Assembly: GCA_002709395.1 (NCBI GenBank)
Contig: PAQU01000054.1
Coordinates: 68,174 to 130,173 of the forward strand
Origin: Roseibacillus sp.
GTDB lineage: Bacteria; Verrucomicrobiota; Verrucomicrobiia; Verrucomicrobiales; Akkermansiaceae
Direction: 5' to 3'
DNA: 62,000 nucleotides
The notes under the pieces: generated by a model
Told to the model about the DNA's origin: nothing
Database searches by the model: none
Seen by the model: only the letters and a program-made list of their open reading frames with translations
Program-made: the position numbers and the translations under genes
Part shown: positions 49,620-58,664 of the stretch, piece by piece
How positions within the stretch are numbered: the stretch's first letter is position 1
Layout: the number at the start of each line of letters is the position of its first letter

Positions 49620-52301
49620 TCAGGGGGCTTCGCCTGCCGGGGTCGGGGCGCTCAGAATCCCGGAGCCGAGGTGGTTTAGAAAGGTTTTACCACTTTCGCC
49701 ACAGGCGTTGATTTCGTTTTGTATCGCACGCACCTGGTTGGGTTTGCCCCCATCTTCGGCAGCATCCCTCTTGGTCTCCAGTCTTTGGACGTAGTTTGCG
49801 CGGTGCCGATTGGCCGTGGCCTCCAGGGAGTCCCGCAGAGCCTGCTGGCCCTGGAGCCGGGTCCTGAGAATGTCAACCCCCCGGGGGGAGAGGGTGATGT
49901 TGCGGATCTCGGTCATCGCAAGATCGATCGAGCCTGAGGCTTTCACCCTCGACTTGATCTGGCTGACGACCGGGGAGTAGAGGCGTTCGTCATTGTCACG
50001 AAGTCCACGCAGCCAGAAGTTAAGGTCCGACTTGAGGCCCTTCCCATTTTCGAGAAGCTTCTCGGCAAACTTTGCCTCGAGGACCTGGATATTCTTCTGG
50101 GCCGTGGTTCGCAGGTTGGCCCAGCTTCCCGCCCCTGAAGCGCTGGCTACCGGCCGGGTGTTCCCGCGATCTTCACTCCATTCGATAATAAACGCGGAGG
50201 TAGCTTCTCCGTCGTCGGGGGCCTCATCATCCCATCCCCCTGGGTCTCCAGCGACCAGCCGGACGGCGGTCTCGACGGCCTTGTCTCCATCCGGAGATTC
50301 AGGGGCCCAAGACGCAAAGGCCCAGGTTTCCCCGGTGATCCATGTCCAGGAAAGACCGTTGTGCCTGCCGCCGATCCATGCACTGGCATCAGGATCCAGG
50401 CTGTTGTTGACAAGCTGGCCAAGGTAATTGTTCTCGGATGGTTCGCTGGGAACGGCGAGGTGCCCGTGGGCGGTCTTTGCCATCTTATTGGCCTCTTCCC
50501 ATGTTCCGGTCTTCTCAATCAGGAGATAGCGACGGTTCTCAAAGAGGCGGACACCCGGGGGATAGACGGGCTCGGGAGTATCCAGCGAAGCCTTGAGCCG
50601 GGTGATCTGGGTTTCGAGCGTGCCGGGGTTACTGCCATCGTTCCTCCATTGAATGAAGAAGGGGAATTTCTTGCCGCCAGACTGGGCACGGATCGACCCG
50701 AGGTCGCTTAAGGTGGCGCAATTTCCGGTGGAGCTGGAGGGCGTACGGACTGTCCAGGGGGAGCCGTCAACCCAGCCCCAGGCCGTTCGGCCGGTGGAGC
50801 CACCACCAAGCCAGATCGTGGTGTTGCTCGGGATCTTGGAGGAAAGCCAGTTCTGTTCGCCTTCGTTGAGGCAGGTAGCAAGGTGGCCTCCATATTCTTC
50901 TGCATAGGCGGAGGCTCGCTGCCAGCTGAGGGGCTTGTTCAAGAAGAAGAAGTGGCTTTCACCACGGACCAGGGTCCCGGGAGGAAAGTCAGCTCGCTCC
51001 TCCCCGGAAGTAAGATGGGGTTTGAGGCGCTCCAAGGCTTCCATGGGGGTTTCCGGTTCCGGTTCCGGGGTCACGGGCGCCGCGTTTTTCAAGGTCTCGA
51101 GCCTTTCCTGGGCTTTCCTCGCGATCTCCTCCCTCTTTTTCCTGGATCGTTCTTCCTCGGCCCGGAGGGCAGCTTGTTCCGCATCGTTGATTTTCCGTTG
51201 CTCCTCCTGTTTCCGTGCATTCTCGCTCTTCTGCCACTGGTAGGCCTTGTACATCCCGAAGATAGCAGCCAGCAGGAGCACAATGATAACGAGGTTGCGC
51301 AGGAGGGACCAGTTAGTCCCGAGCTTGATCTGGACCTCGGGGGGTTCCGGGCCTGCTGCAGCCCCGGGATCGGGGAGAGGTGTTTCCATCACCGCCGGCG
51401 CCGGGGCCGGGCTGGTGATGGGAACGGCAGGCGCGGCAGCTTCGGGCGGAGGGCTTGGCGCCGGGGGAGTCGCAATGATGCCGGAAGGTTGTTTCTCAAG
51501 GGCTTCACTTAGCTGCTTGAGGTCCTTGGCCATGGCTTCGCCGTCGGCAAAGCGCAGCATGGGGGAAGGGTGCGTGGCCCGGCGGACGATCTTGTCAAAA
51601 CGGGGATCGACATCCTCGACCTGGGAGGCCGGGACATAGGTTTTCTCCGGGAGTTTGCCGGTCAGAAGCTCGTAGAGAATAACGCCTGTTGAAAAGACAT
51701 CAGACCTCGTGTCCACGGCACTGGGCTTCTTGACGACCTCCGGGGCGGTGTAGTCGGGAGTCCCGTAGATGACACCATCGCCTTCGCTTTCATCTGCGAC
51801 GCGGGCGAGGCCAAAGTCCCCGATCTTTGGGCGCTTTTTACCATCCAGCAGAATATTTGCGGGCTTGATATCACGGTGAAGAATTCCAGCCTCATGAGCG
51901 TGGGCGAGGCCCTCGCAGATGCCGGTCACCAGGCGGGCTACTTCATTCTGCTCGATGGCCTTGCCGTGGGCGGAATAGTGCAGCGACTTGCCGTCCACGA
52001 ATTCCATCACGATGTAGGGCATGTGGTCGACTTCCCCGAAGTCATAGACGCTGATGAGATTCGGGTGGTTCAGCTTGGCCATGGCCTTGGCCTCATCCTC
52101 AAAGCGCTTACGGAACTCCTCGTCCTCGCCGAACTCCCGCGGGAGGATCTTGATTGCGACATCCCGTTCGAGGGATTTCTGGTGTGCCTTGTAGACCGCG
52201 CCCATTCCCCCCTTGGCGATGAAGGCGAGGACGTCATAGGCCGGGAGGAGCTCGTGAAGTTCCTCGGGGCTGGGTGCCTCAAACTGTGGAGGGGAAGACA
52301 T
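49620..52301 (-). CDS. Hanks-type Ser/Thr protein kinase, paralog of the downstream gene, same architecture
   Basis: HRDIKPANILL, DFGLARV and GTPDYTAPE. TM helix LLRNLVIIVLLLAAIFGMY. A charged coiled segment, two C-type-lectin-like modules (SWQRASAYAEEYGGHLAT...IWLGG...WGWVDG; TWEEANKMAKTAHGHLAVP...AWIGG...WTWITGE) and a helical C-terminal domain. Confidence 0.88.
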   Translation of the reverse strand: MSSPPQFEAPSPEELHELLPAYDVLAFIAKGGMGAVYKAHQKSLERDVAIKILPREFGEDEEFRKRFEDEAKAMAKLNHPNLISVYDFGEVDHMPYIVMEFVDGKSLHYSAHGKAIEQNEVARLVTGICEGLAHAHEAGILHRDIKPANILLDGKKRPKIGDFGLARVADESEGDGVIYGTPDYTAPEVVKKPSAVDTRSDVFSTGVILYELLTGKLPEKTYVPASQVEDVDPRFDKIVRRATHPSPMLRFADGEAMAKDLKQLSEALEKQPSGIIATPPAPSPPPEAAAPAVPITSPAPAPAVMETPLPDPGAAAGPEPPEVQIKLGTNWSLLRNLVIIVLLLAAIFGMYKAYQWQKSENARKQEEQRKINDAEQAALRAEEERSRKKREEIARKAQERLETLKNAAPVTPEPEPETPMEALERLKPHLTSGEERADFPPGTLVRGESHFFFLNKPLSWQRASAYAEEYGGHLATCLNEGEQNWLSSKIPSNTTIWLGGGSTGRTAWGWVDGSPWTVRTPSSSTGNCATLSDLGSIRAQSGGKKFPFFIQWRNDGSNPGTLETQITRLKASLDTPEPVYPPGVRLFENRRYLLIEKTGTWEEANKMAKTAHGHLAVPSEPSENNYLGQLVNNSLDPDASAWIGGRHNGLSWTWITGETWAFASWAPESPDGDKAVETAVRLVAGDPGGWDDEAPDDGEATSAFIIEWSEDRGNTRPVASASGAGSWANLRTTAQKNIQVLEAKFAEKLLENGKGLKSDLNFWLRGLRDNDERLYSPVVSQIKSRVKASGSIDLAMTEIRNITLSPRGVDILRTRLQGQQALRDSLEATANRHRANYVQRLETKRDAAEDGGKPNQVRAIQNEINACGESGKTFLNHLGSGILSAPTPAGEAP

Positions 52302-52387
52302 GAAACTATGGGGTGATGGGCAAGCGCTGGGCAGAAACCCTTCTTACGGGGAAGATGCGCCTGAATTCTTGAAAAGGAAAGCCATCA

Positions 52388-52786
52388 GTGGCTCCCTTCC
52401 GGGGTATGGATGAGGCCGCGATCTGGGAGGAAATGGGAGACGAGGGATGCCGCAGGCTTGTAGGGGCCTTCTATCGGAGGATTTCCGGGGATGACCTGCT
52501 GGGACCAATGTATCCGGCCCATGACCTCGCGGGAGCCGAGGAGCGGCTCTATCTTTTCCTGTGTTTTCGGCTGGGTGGGGATAGCCGTTACCCGGAGCAG
52601 CGGGGGCATCCGCGGCTGAGAATGCGCCATATGCCTTTCCGGATCGGGGAGGCGGAGCGGGATCGCTGGCTCCAGCTCATGGGAGAGGCCATGACGGAAT
52701 GCGGGATGTCGACAGGGGTGCGCGGGGCACTGGAACCCTTCTTCGCGCAGGTGGCGGACTTCATGCGAAACCAGGAGCCTGCCTGA
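52388..52786 (+). CDS. Truncated hemoglobin, group II (GlbO/YjbI-like)
   Basis: LVGAFYRRI..DDLLGPMYP...AEERLYLFL...LGG...Y...RGHPRLRMRHMPFRIG..ERDRWL..M pattern. Start is either the GTG at 52388 or the ATG at 52406. Confidence 0.8.
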   Translation: MAPFRGMDEAAIWEEMGDEGCRRLVGAFYRRISGDDLLGPMYPAHDLAGAEERLYLFLCFRLGGDSRYPEQRGHPRLRMRHMPFRIGEAERDRWLQLMGEAMTECGMSTGVRGALEPFFAQVADFMRNQEPA

Positions 52787-52800
52787 GCTGCCCGGCTCTC

Positions 52801-53637
52801 CTACCGGATGATGATTGGAGGAGCAGCAGGCTTTTTTTCAGGCTTGGGATTTTCCCGGCGGCGCGGATCGAACAGCTCCCGGATGTCCTCAGGATTCCAG
52901 TTGTCGCGTCCGAACCGGGTATTGCGCTTCTCGGGATTCTGGAAGTTTTCATCCACCACGTCGCGCTCCCTGAGCTGGATGACAGAGTAGAGGGCCTCTT
53001 CCAGCTGGGGAGTGGAGGCGTAGGTGTAGACTTCCCGGTCATCCTTCTTGCGGGTGGCATAAAGGATGTAGCCGATTCCCTTGTAACTTCCGTAGGAAGA
53101 CGAGCTGCTCTCCGAGTAGGGGTTGACCTCCCGGCGGAAAGTGACGGTGTGCTTCCCGCCCGGGGGCAATTCGAAGTCCTTCTCCTGGACCCCGAGAATC
53201 CGGTGTTTCCTGGTCTTTCCCAGTGACCGGCCGACGAGGAAATATCTCAGGGTGGTCTCTTCCAGCCCCTTGGCGCTGGCATCATTCTGGAAATCCACCG
53301 AGAGCTCGTAGCTCTGCTGGTAGCCCTTGCCGCTTGAGGAGAAGTAAGAAGCCCGGGAATCCTTGGTTGTCTTGCGAACCATGTTGGGGGATACCCGGAG
53401 AGGAGGGATCTGGTCGGCGAGCCAGTTCCGGACGTAGACCTGATCCCCTTCGCTGAGGCTTGAGATCTTTACGGTGGCGATACGCTCGTTTGTCATTTTC
53501 AGGGTCACCTCGCTGGCAGTGGCACGGACTATTTCCGCTTCAAGGGTCTTTCCGGCCGCATTGGTGAAGGGCCTGGCCGAGACAGGGGGGGCGGGGAGGA
53601 CCACCAGTGCCGAGAACACGAGGAGGGGAAGCTTCAT
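52801..53637 (-). CDS. Secreted hypothetical protein with N-terminal SHD1-like module
   Basis: Signal peptide begins at the ATG at 53637. FTNAAGKTLEAEIVRATASEVTLKMTNERIATVKISSLSEGDQVYV resembles the SHD1 repeat common in PVC secreted proteins. The rest is unrecognised. Confidence 0.55.
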   Translation of the reverse strand: MKLPLLVFSALVVLPAPPVSARPFTNAAGKTLEAEIVRATASEVTLKMTNERIATVKISSLSEGDQVYVRNWLADQIPPLRVSPNMVRKTTKDSRASYFSSSGKGYQQSYELSVDFQNDASAKGLEETTLRYFLVGRSLGKTRKHRILGVQEKDFELPPGGKHTVTFRREVNPYSESSSSSYGSYKGIGYILYATRKKDDREVYTYASTPQLEEALYSVIQLRERDVVDENFQNPEKRNTRFGRDNWNPEDIRELFDPRRRENPKPEKKPAAPPIIIR

Positions 53638-53808
53638 GAGGACCCGGATTCTAGCCGGATTATGCGGCCTATCCACCAAATTCTGGGGAAGGATTTATCA
53701 TGGCCCTCCCTGAAGCGGCGGGCGAGCTGGTGGCAGGAAGTGGAGACATTGCCTGGGTGACCGCTGGCCAAGACGGGTTCCTGCCCCTAGGATTTCCCAT
53801 AGCAGGAC

Positions 53809-54672
53809 ATGAGCATCGAGGACCAGGTTATCGGGAGCGCTTTCGCCATTTGCGCGGGGATGTTCTTTATGGTGGCGGTCCCCTGGTATGTTCTGCGATA
53901 TGTGAGTCGGGATGGCATGGGTCGGAAGCAGACGCCGCCTCTTCCCCGGGGGCGTGTGCCGATCAAGGGTTTTGGCCTCATTGATATCCTGGGGGTTTCC
54001 GTGTTCTTCGCCTTTTATGCGGTGGGTTGGTACCTTTCCAGTTCCGTGGAGGAACCGAGGGAGCTTGGTGAACCGGGGAAACTGTCCGCCGCATTGATCC
54101 TTCAACTGATCGTGCAGGCGCTCCAGGTCGGAATGGTTTTCATGCTCCTTTTCCGCCGGGTGAATCCGATGGAAGCTTTCGGGCTGTGGGGGAGAGTGGG
54201 TTGGAGGAGGGTAGCCGTGGCTCCCGTGGCGGTAGTGATCGTGTTTGCCTTCATCTTATGCCTGGAAGGGGTAGTGGCTCTTCTTAATGATGGGAAGGGA
54301 TACACCGAGTGGATTGGACAGTTTGTCGAGGGTGACGGGAAACAGGAGATCATCACCCTGTTTGAGACGAGCTCGGATCCACTTGTCCTCGTCCTGATGG
54401 TGGTGATGGCCTGTGTGGGAGCTCCCCTGTCAGAGGAGGTGATTTTCCGGGGTTACATCTACGGGGTGGCAAAACGTTTTGCAGGAATCCCCCTTGCGGT
54501 TGTTTTTTCCGGACTGCTTTTCGGGGCGGTTCATATGAACCTTGCAGCCCTGCTGCCCCTGACCATCCTCGGGATTATCCTGGCCCTGGCCTACGAATAC
54601 ACGGGTTCGCTCTGGGGCCCCATTGCGATTCACTTCTGCTTCAATGCCGTTACCGTGGTGAACCTGCTTTAG
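53809..54672 (+). CDS. CPBP-family intramembrane glutamic endopeptidase (CAAX protease-like)
   Basis: Multi-TM protein with the EEVIFRGY motif and downstream FGAVH and HFCFN motifs. Confidence 0.8.
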   Translation: MSIEDQVIGSAFAICAGMFFMVAVPWYVLRYVSRDGMGRKQTPPLPRGRVPIKGFGLIDILGVSVFFAFYAVGWYLSSSVEEPRELGEPGKLSAALILQLIVQALQVGMVFMLLFRRVNPMEAFGLWGRVGWRRVAVAPVAVVIVFAFILCLEGVVALLNDGKGYTEWIGQFVEGDGKQEIITLFETSSDPLVLVLMVVMACVGAPLSEEVIFRGYIYGVAKRFAGIPLAVVFSGLLFGAVHMNLAALLPLTILGIILALAYEYTGSLWGPIAIHFCFNAVTVVNLL

Positions 54673-54684
54673 GAGGTCGAAAAA

Positions 54685-55578
54685 ATGCCGGATTTATCCT
54701 CCCTTGGTGAAGAGGCCGTGGTGGCCCGGTTGACCGCGCTTTTGCAGGCGGGACCGGAGGTTCTCACCGGTCCGGGGGACGATTGTGCGGTCGTGGAAGG
54801 GCCAGGCAGGGGAACCGTGGAACTGCTGAAAACCGATTGCCTGGTATGCGGGGTGCATTTCCTGCCCGAAGCGGTCGCGGGAAAGGTCGGCTGGAAGGCG
54901 GTAGCGCGCACCCTGAGCGACTTCGCGGCGATGGGGGGGTGGCCTCGTCATCTCCTGGTCACCCTGGCGGTGCCCGCGAGCTGTGAAATGCGTTGGGTGG
55001 AACAGCTCTACCGGGGCATGAACAAGTGTGCCCGCGCTTATGACTGCTCCATCGTGGGGGGGGAGACTTCCTCTCTCCCTGCCGGGGCCCCGGTCATGAT
55101 CTCGGTTGCGGGTACGGGAACGGCCAGGCGTTCGCAGGTGGTGCTGCGCAGCGGCGGCCGCCCCGGGGACCTGCTCTTTGTGACCGGGAGGCTGGGAGGG
55201 TCGCAGCGAGGCCGCCATCTGACCTTCAAGCCTCGCCTGGTTGAAGCAGACTGGCTGTCACGGAACTTCAGGCTGCACGCCATGATGGATCTCTCCGATG
55301 GGTTGGCGAGTGACCTTCCCCGGCTGGCTGCGGCGAGCGGGTGTGGGTTTCTGCTGGAAAGGGATTCGCTGCCGAAGGCACGTGGGGTGACTACCGAAGA
55401 GGCCCTCGGTGACGGAGAAGACTACGAGCTGCTCCTGGCCGTCTCGCCCCGTAGCGCAAAGCGGCTTGCTGATGAGTGGCGGAAGAAATTTCCCGGTCTC
55501 CCTCTTACGCTCGTGGGCGCCCTTGTTGCGGAGGGGGAGCAGGAGTTACCGGGGGGTTGGGATCATTTTGCGGGGTAA
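54685..55578 (+). CDS. thiL: Thiamine-monophosphate kinase
   Basis: GEEAVVARL...GPGDDCAVV N-terminus, FAAMGG, VGGETS and DLSDGL motifs. An aggagg Shine-Dalgarno site lies 8 nt upstream. Confidence 0.88.
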   Translation: MPDLSSLGEEAVVARLTALLQAGPEVLTGPGDDCAVVEGPGRGTVELLKTDCLVCGVHFLPEAVAGKVGWKAVARTLSDFAAMGGWPRHLLVTLAVPASCEMRWVEQLYRGMNKCARAYDCSIVGGETSSLPAGAPVMISVAGTGTARRSQVVLRSGGRPGDLLFVTGRLGGSQRGRHLTFKPRLVEADWLSRNFRLHAMMDLSDGLASDLPRLAAASGCGFLLERDSLPKARGVTTEEALGDGEDYELLLAVSPRSAKRLADEWRKKFPGLPLTLVGALVAEGEQELPGGWDHFAG

Positions 55579-55719
55579 GGAAGCTTCCCAAGGAGGGCTT
55601 GGAAGGAGAGAAGCAAGGGCCTCTTGGCCACATTACTTAAGATCTCCTTATTAAATTCTTTGCAGCAATCCAGGTTGGCGGTAAACCGTGCCATGGTAAC
55701 TCCTTCCCCCTTCCTGACC

Positions 55720-56997
55720 ATGAAGAAGCTGCTTGTTGCATTACCTGTGCTGTTCCTTGTCCATCCGGTTGTTGCCTCGGAGTCAGGGAAGGCGGAAGTT
55801 CCTGCTCCCCTCGTGGCGGTCGCGGCGGTTGAGGAGCCCCCCCTGGTTGAGGTTGCCTGTGATACGGGTGCCGATGAGCAGACGGATGATGCGCGGGTGC
55901 TCGCCTTGCGGCTCGACCTGCAGGAGATCACGGCCAGCCTGGAGGAGACCCGGCGTGCAGTCGATACGGTCGCGGAGCAACGGGATGATGCGCGTGAGGA
56001 GGTTGGTGTCCTGACGATGGCGAATCATGAAATGCGGAGGGAAATGAAAGTGCTCCGGGAGGCGATGGAACAGGCCCGCCGGGAGGCGGAGTCGTGGAAG
56101 GCCCAGGCGGAGAAGGGTGAGGAGCGCCCGGCGGCCGGGCCTGATATTCGTGCGGAAATGGGGAAGATCATGGAGGAATTCAGGGTGATGAAAGAAGACC
56201 TCGCCCTTGTGAGGCAGGAGCTCAGTGATCCGGTTGAACGGGCCAACCTCAAGGAGCAACTGGTGGAGTCCAGGGCAAGGGAGGAGCAACTGGAAGAGGA
56301 GGTTGAAATGGCTCTCCGGGCCCGGGACAAGGCAATCCAGGAAGCGGCCGACAACCGGGAAAACCTCAAATCGAGGATTGCGGTCCTGAATACGGAATCC
56401 CGGGAAACGGAAGATCTGCGGGATCAACTGCGGTTTTCGAGGGCTGGGCAAATGAAGGCCCTCGTTGACGTGGAGGTTCTCAAAAAGAGCCTCGGCCGGG
56501 CCGAGGAACTGCAGTCCCGGACCTTGGCCGATCTCCAGCGGGCACGGCAGAGTGTGGAGGCTCTCCAAGCCGAGAAAACCGCGACTGCGGAGTCCCGGAT
56601 GCTGGCCCATCGGGAGCGGGACCTGGCCCGGGCCGAGGCCGATGGACTCCGGGGGCAGGTTGAAGGGGGAAGAATTGAAGTGGAGCGTTCAAGGAAGACC
56701 GTAACGCAATTGGCTGAGGAGCTGGAAGAGACGGAGCTCGCAAGGCAGGCGAATCACAGGGATCTGGAAAAAGCTTCCGGGGCGCTGGAACAAAGCCAGG
56801 CGGAGGTGGCCCTGTTGAGCAGGGCCAAGGGGGGACTGGAAGAACTTCTCTCAAGGAAGAGCGCGGAAGTCCGCAAGCTCAGGGCGGAGCTCCGTGGCGT
56901 TCATGCCCCGGCCGGGATATCGGAATCGGAGGATTCGGACCGGGAGACGGGCAGCGGTGAGGAGGCCGGGAACGAAAGTCCCCCTGATCGTGAATGA
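55720..56997 (+). CDS. Secreted long coiled-coil protein with acidic tail (hypothetical)
   Basis: Signal peptide MKKLLVALPVLFLVHPVVASES begins at the ATG at 55720, followed by ~350 aa of E/R/L/A-rich heptad-like sequence. Confidence 0.55.
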   Translation: MKKLLVALPVLFLVHPVVASESGKAEVPAPLVAVAAVEEPPLVEVACDTGADEQTDDARVLALRLDLQEITASLEETRRAVDTVAEQRDDAREEVGVLTMANHEMRREMKVLREAMEQARREAESWKAQAEKGEERPAAGPDIRAEMGKIMEEFRVMKEDLALVRQELSDPVERANLKEQLVESRAREEQLEEEVEMALRARDKAIQEAADNRENLKSRIAVLNTESRETEDLRDQLRFSRAGQMKALVDVEVLKKSLGRAEELQSRTLADLQRARQSVEALQAEKTATAESRMLAHRERDLARAEADGLRGQVEGGRIEVERSRKTVTQLAEELEETELARQANHRDLEKASGALEQSQAEVALLSRAKGGLEELLSRKSAEVRKLRAELRGVHAPAGISESEDSDRETGSGEEAGNESPPDRE

Positions 56998-57024
56998 TTC
57001 TGGAAAGGGGCTCGTGAAGAGGGC

Positions 57025-57621
57025 CTAGACGTAGGCAAGCCCATCGCCCACCGAGGTGATCTCTTTCTCGTTATCGAGCAGCTCCTGAATTGGATCCCAG
57101 CGTCCGGCAGTCAGGGCCTGCCGGGCCGAGTCGGGCATGGTGATGGCGAAGTTGCGGTCCCCGTAACTGACGGTCATGCTCTCGAGGTCGATGCGGATCC
57201 CCGTCCCGGGATCCTCCTCGATCGCAGCCGCGAGGCTCTCGATATCCTCGCGGGAAGCTGAGACACAGGGCATGCCGAGGGTGGTGGAGTTGCCGAAGAA
57301 GATCTCGGCAAAGCTTTCCGCGATGATGGCCCGGAATCCGGAGCGGTAGATGGCCTGGGGGGCGTGTTCGCGGGAGGAGCCACAGCCGAAGTTGGATCCA
57401 CTCAGCATGATGCTGGCCCCCGCGAACCGGGGTTCGTCGAGGGGATGACCGGTCGGGTTGCCGTCCGGGTCAAAGCGCACGTCGTAGAAGTGTGTGCCTG
57501 CGAGGTCGTCGAAGGTCACGCACTTCAGGTAGCGGGCGGGAATGATGCGGTCGGTATCAATGTCATCCCCGGGGAGGTGAATCCCGGTTCCTGAAACGTC
57601 TTTGATCTGCGCGAGGGCCAT
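57025..57621 (-). CDS. leuD: 3-isopropylmalate dehydratase small subunit
   Basis: GDDIDTDRIIPARYLK and GSNFGCGSSREHAPQA motifs. Trimmed to the ATG at 57621. Confidence 0.92.
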   Translation of the reverse strand: MALAQIKDVSGTGIHLPGDDIDTDRIIPARYLKCVTFDDLAGTHFYDVRFDPDGNPTGHPLDEPRFAGASIMLSGSNFGCGSSREHAPQAIYRSGFRAIIAESFAEIFFGNSTTLGMPCVSASREDIESLAAAIEEDPGTGIRIDLESMTVSYGDRNFAITMPDSARQALTAGRWDPIQELLDNEKEITSVGDGLAYV

Positions 57622-57649
57622 GGAGGGGATGGAGTGAAGGGTTCCGAGG

Positions 57650-58606
57650 TTATTTGAAGGCGGGCTTGATGGTATAGCCCTTCTTTTTAAGGAGTTTCTG
57701 GACGGCAGTCTTCCCCGTGTAGTGGAGTGCGCCAACCGCGAAGAAATGGCTCTTGTCCTTGGCGCCCTGCATAAACTCATCCGCCTTGTTTGCCATCCCG
57801 ACGTTGCGATCGTCGAGGAGGGCTTTCATGAAGCGCTCGGTGAGTTCCTGCTCCCCTTCTACCTGAGTCATCGCCTTTTTCATGATCTCTCCGAGATCCT
57901 TGGGGGTGCCGGTGAGGTAGGCGGTGAGCAAGTCCTTGAACTGTTTTTCTATTGCACCCGGGTCTTCCTTGATCTGCTTGATAGTTGCGGCGAGGAAAGT
58001 CTGCTGTTCCTTCTCGTTGAGGACTTCGAAGATTTTCATCTGGAAGTCGGCGGTCTCAAGCGCATCTGTCTTCTTGCCAGCCTTGGTGGAGCGGTCCTGC
58101 AGGACAGCATCGAGGGCTTCCTTCCCCTGTAGCTCCTCAGGGGTATTTTTCATCATAACCAACATGTTGAGAGTCATGGTTACCACCCAGGTCTGCAGGG
58201 GCTGGAAGGGTTCGGCGTTGGCTTCGGGATTGATACTCTTGAGCATGGCGTCGAGCTCCTTGCTCAGTTCCGGCCCGATGGCCTCAGAGAGGGTCTTGCC
58301 GTCCTTGCGCATCATCAGCGGGACAAGGGCTGCCTGGGCAGCGGGCGTCATGTCGATCTCGCTGTAGAAGATGTCGAGGCTGTTGAAGGCCTTTTCGGCC
58401 CGAGGGTGGAGGGTGGTCACGCGCGGGTCACCGATGTGGATGGTTCCGAAAAGCCAGGAAGGCTTGGTGAGGCCGTTGCCCTCGACCTTCCAGAGGCAGG
58501 CCTTGGTGGGGTGTTTGAGGTCGGCGAGCGGGTCCTTGGCTGATTTTTCAGCGAGGAGAGCGGCCGGGAGGAGGAAGAGCGGGACGAGAAGGGAGAGGAG
58601 GCGCAT
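57650..58606 (-). CDS. TraB/GumN-family periplasmic protein
   Basis: Signal peptide MRLLSLLVPLFLLPAALLA begins at the ATG at 58606. LWKVEG....KPSWLFGTIHIGD signature and C-terminal FFAVGALHY. Confidence 0.75.
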   Translation of the reverse strand: MRLLSLLVPLFLLPAALLAEKSAKDPLADLKHPTKACLWKVEGNGLTKPSWLFGTIHIGDPRVTTLHPRAEKAFNSLDIFYSEIDMTPAAQAALVPLMMRKDGKTLSEAIGPELSKELDAMLKSINPEANAEPFQPLQTWVVTMTLNMLVMMKNTPEELQGKEALDAVLQDRSTKAGKKTDALETADFQMKIFEVLNEKEQQTFLAATIKQIKEDPGAIEKQFKDLLTAYLTGTPKDLGEIMKKAMTQVEGEQELTERFMKALLDDRNVGMANKADEFMQGAKDKSHFFAVGALHYTGKTAVQKLLKKKGYTIKPAFK

Positions 58607-58664
58607 GGCGATGAATGTTCTGTGGTTCAGTTTGATGGGCTTGTGGAAGGGCCATTTGGGGGAA

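Noticed and set aside
40478-52301. Kinase-kinase-UvrA-azurin as a single functional 'system'
   Set aside because: The only support is same-strand adjacency with 93-209-nt gaps. The functions are heterogeneous and no shared motif or partner domain links them, so I kept them as separate findings pending synteny data.
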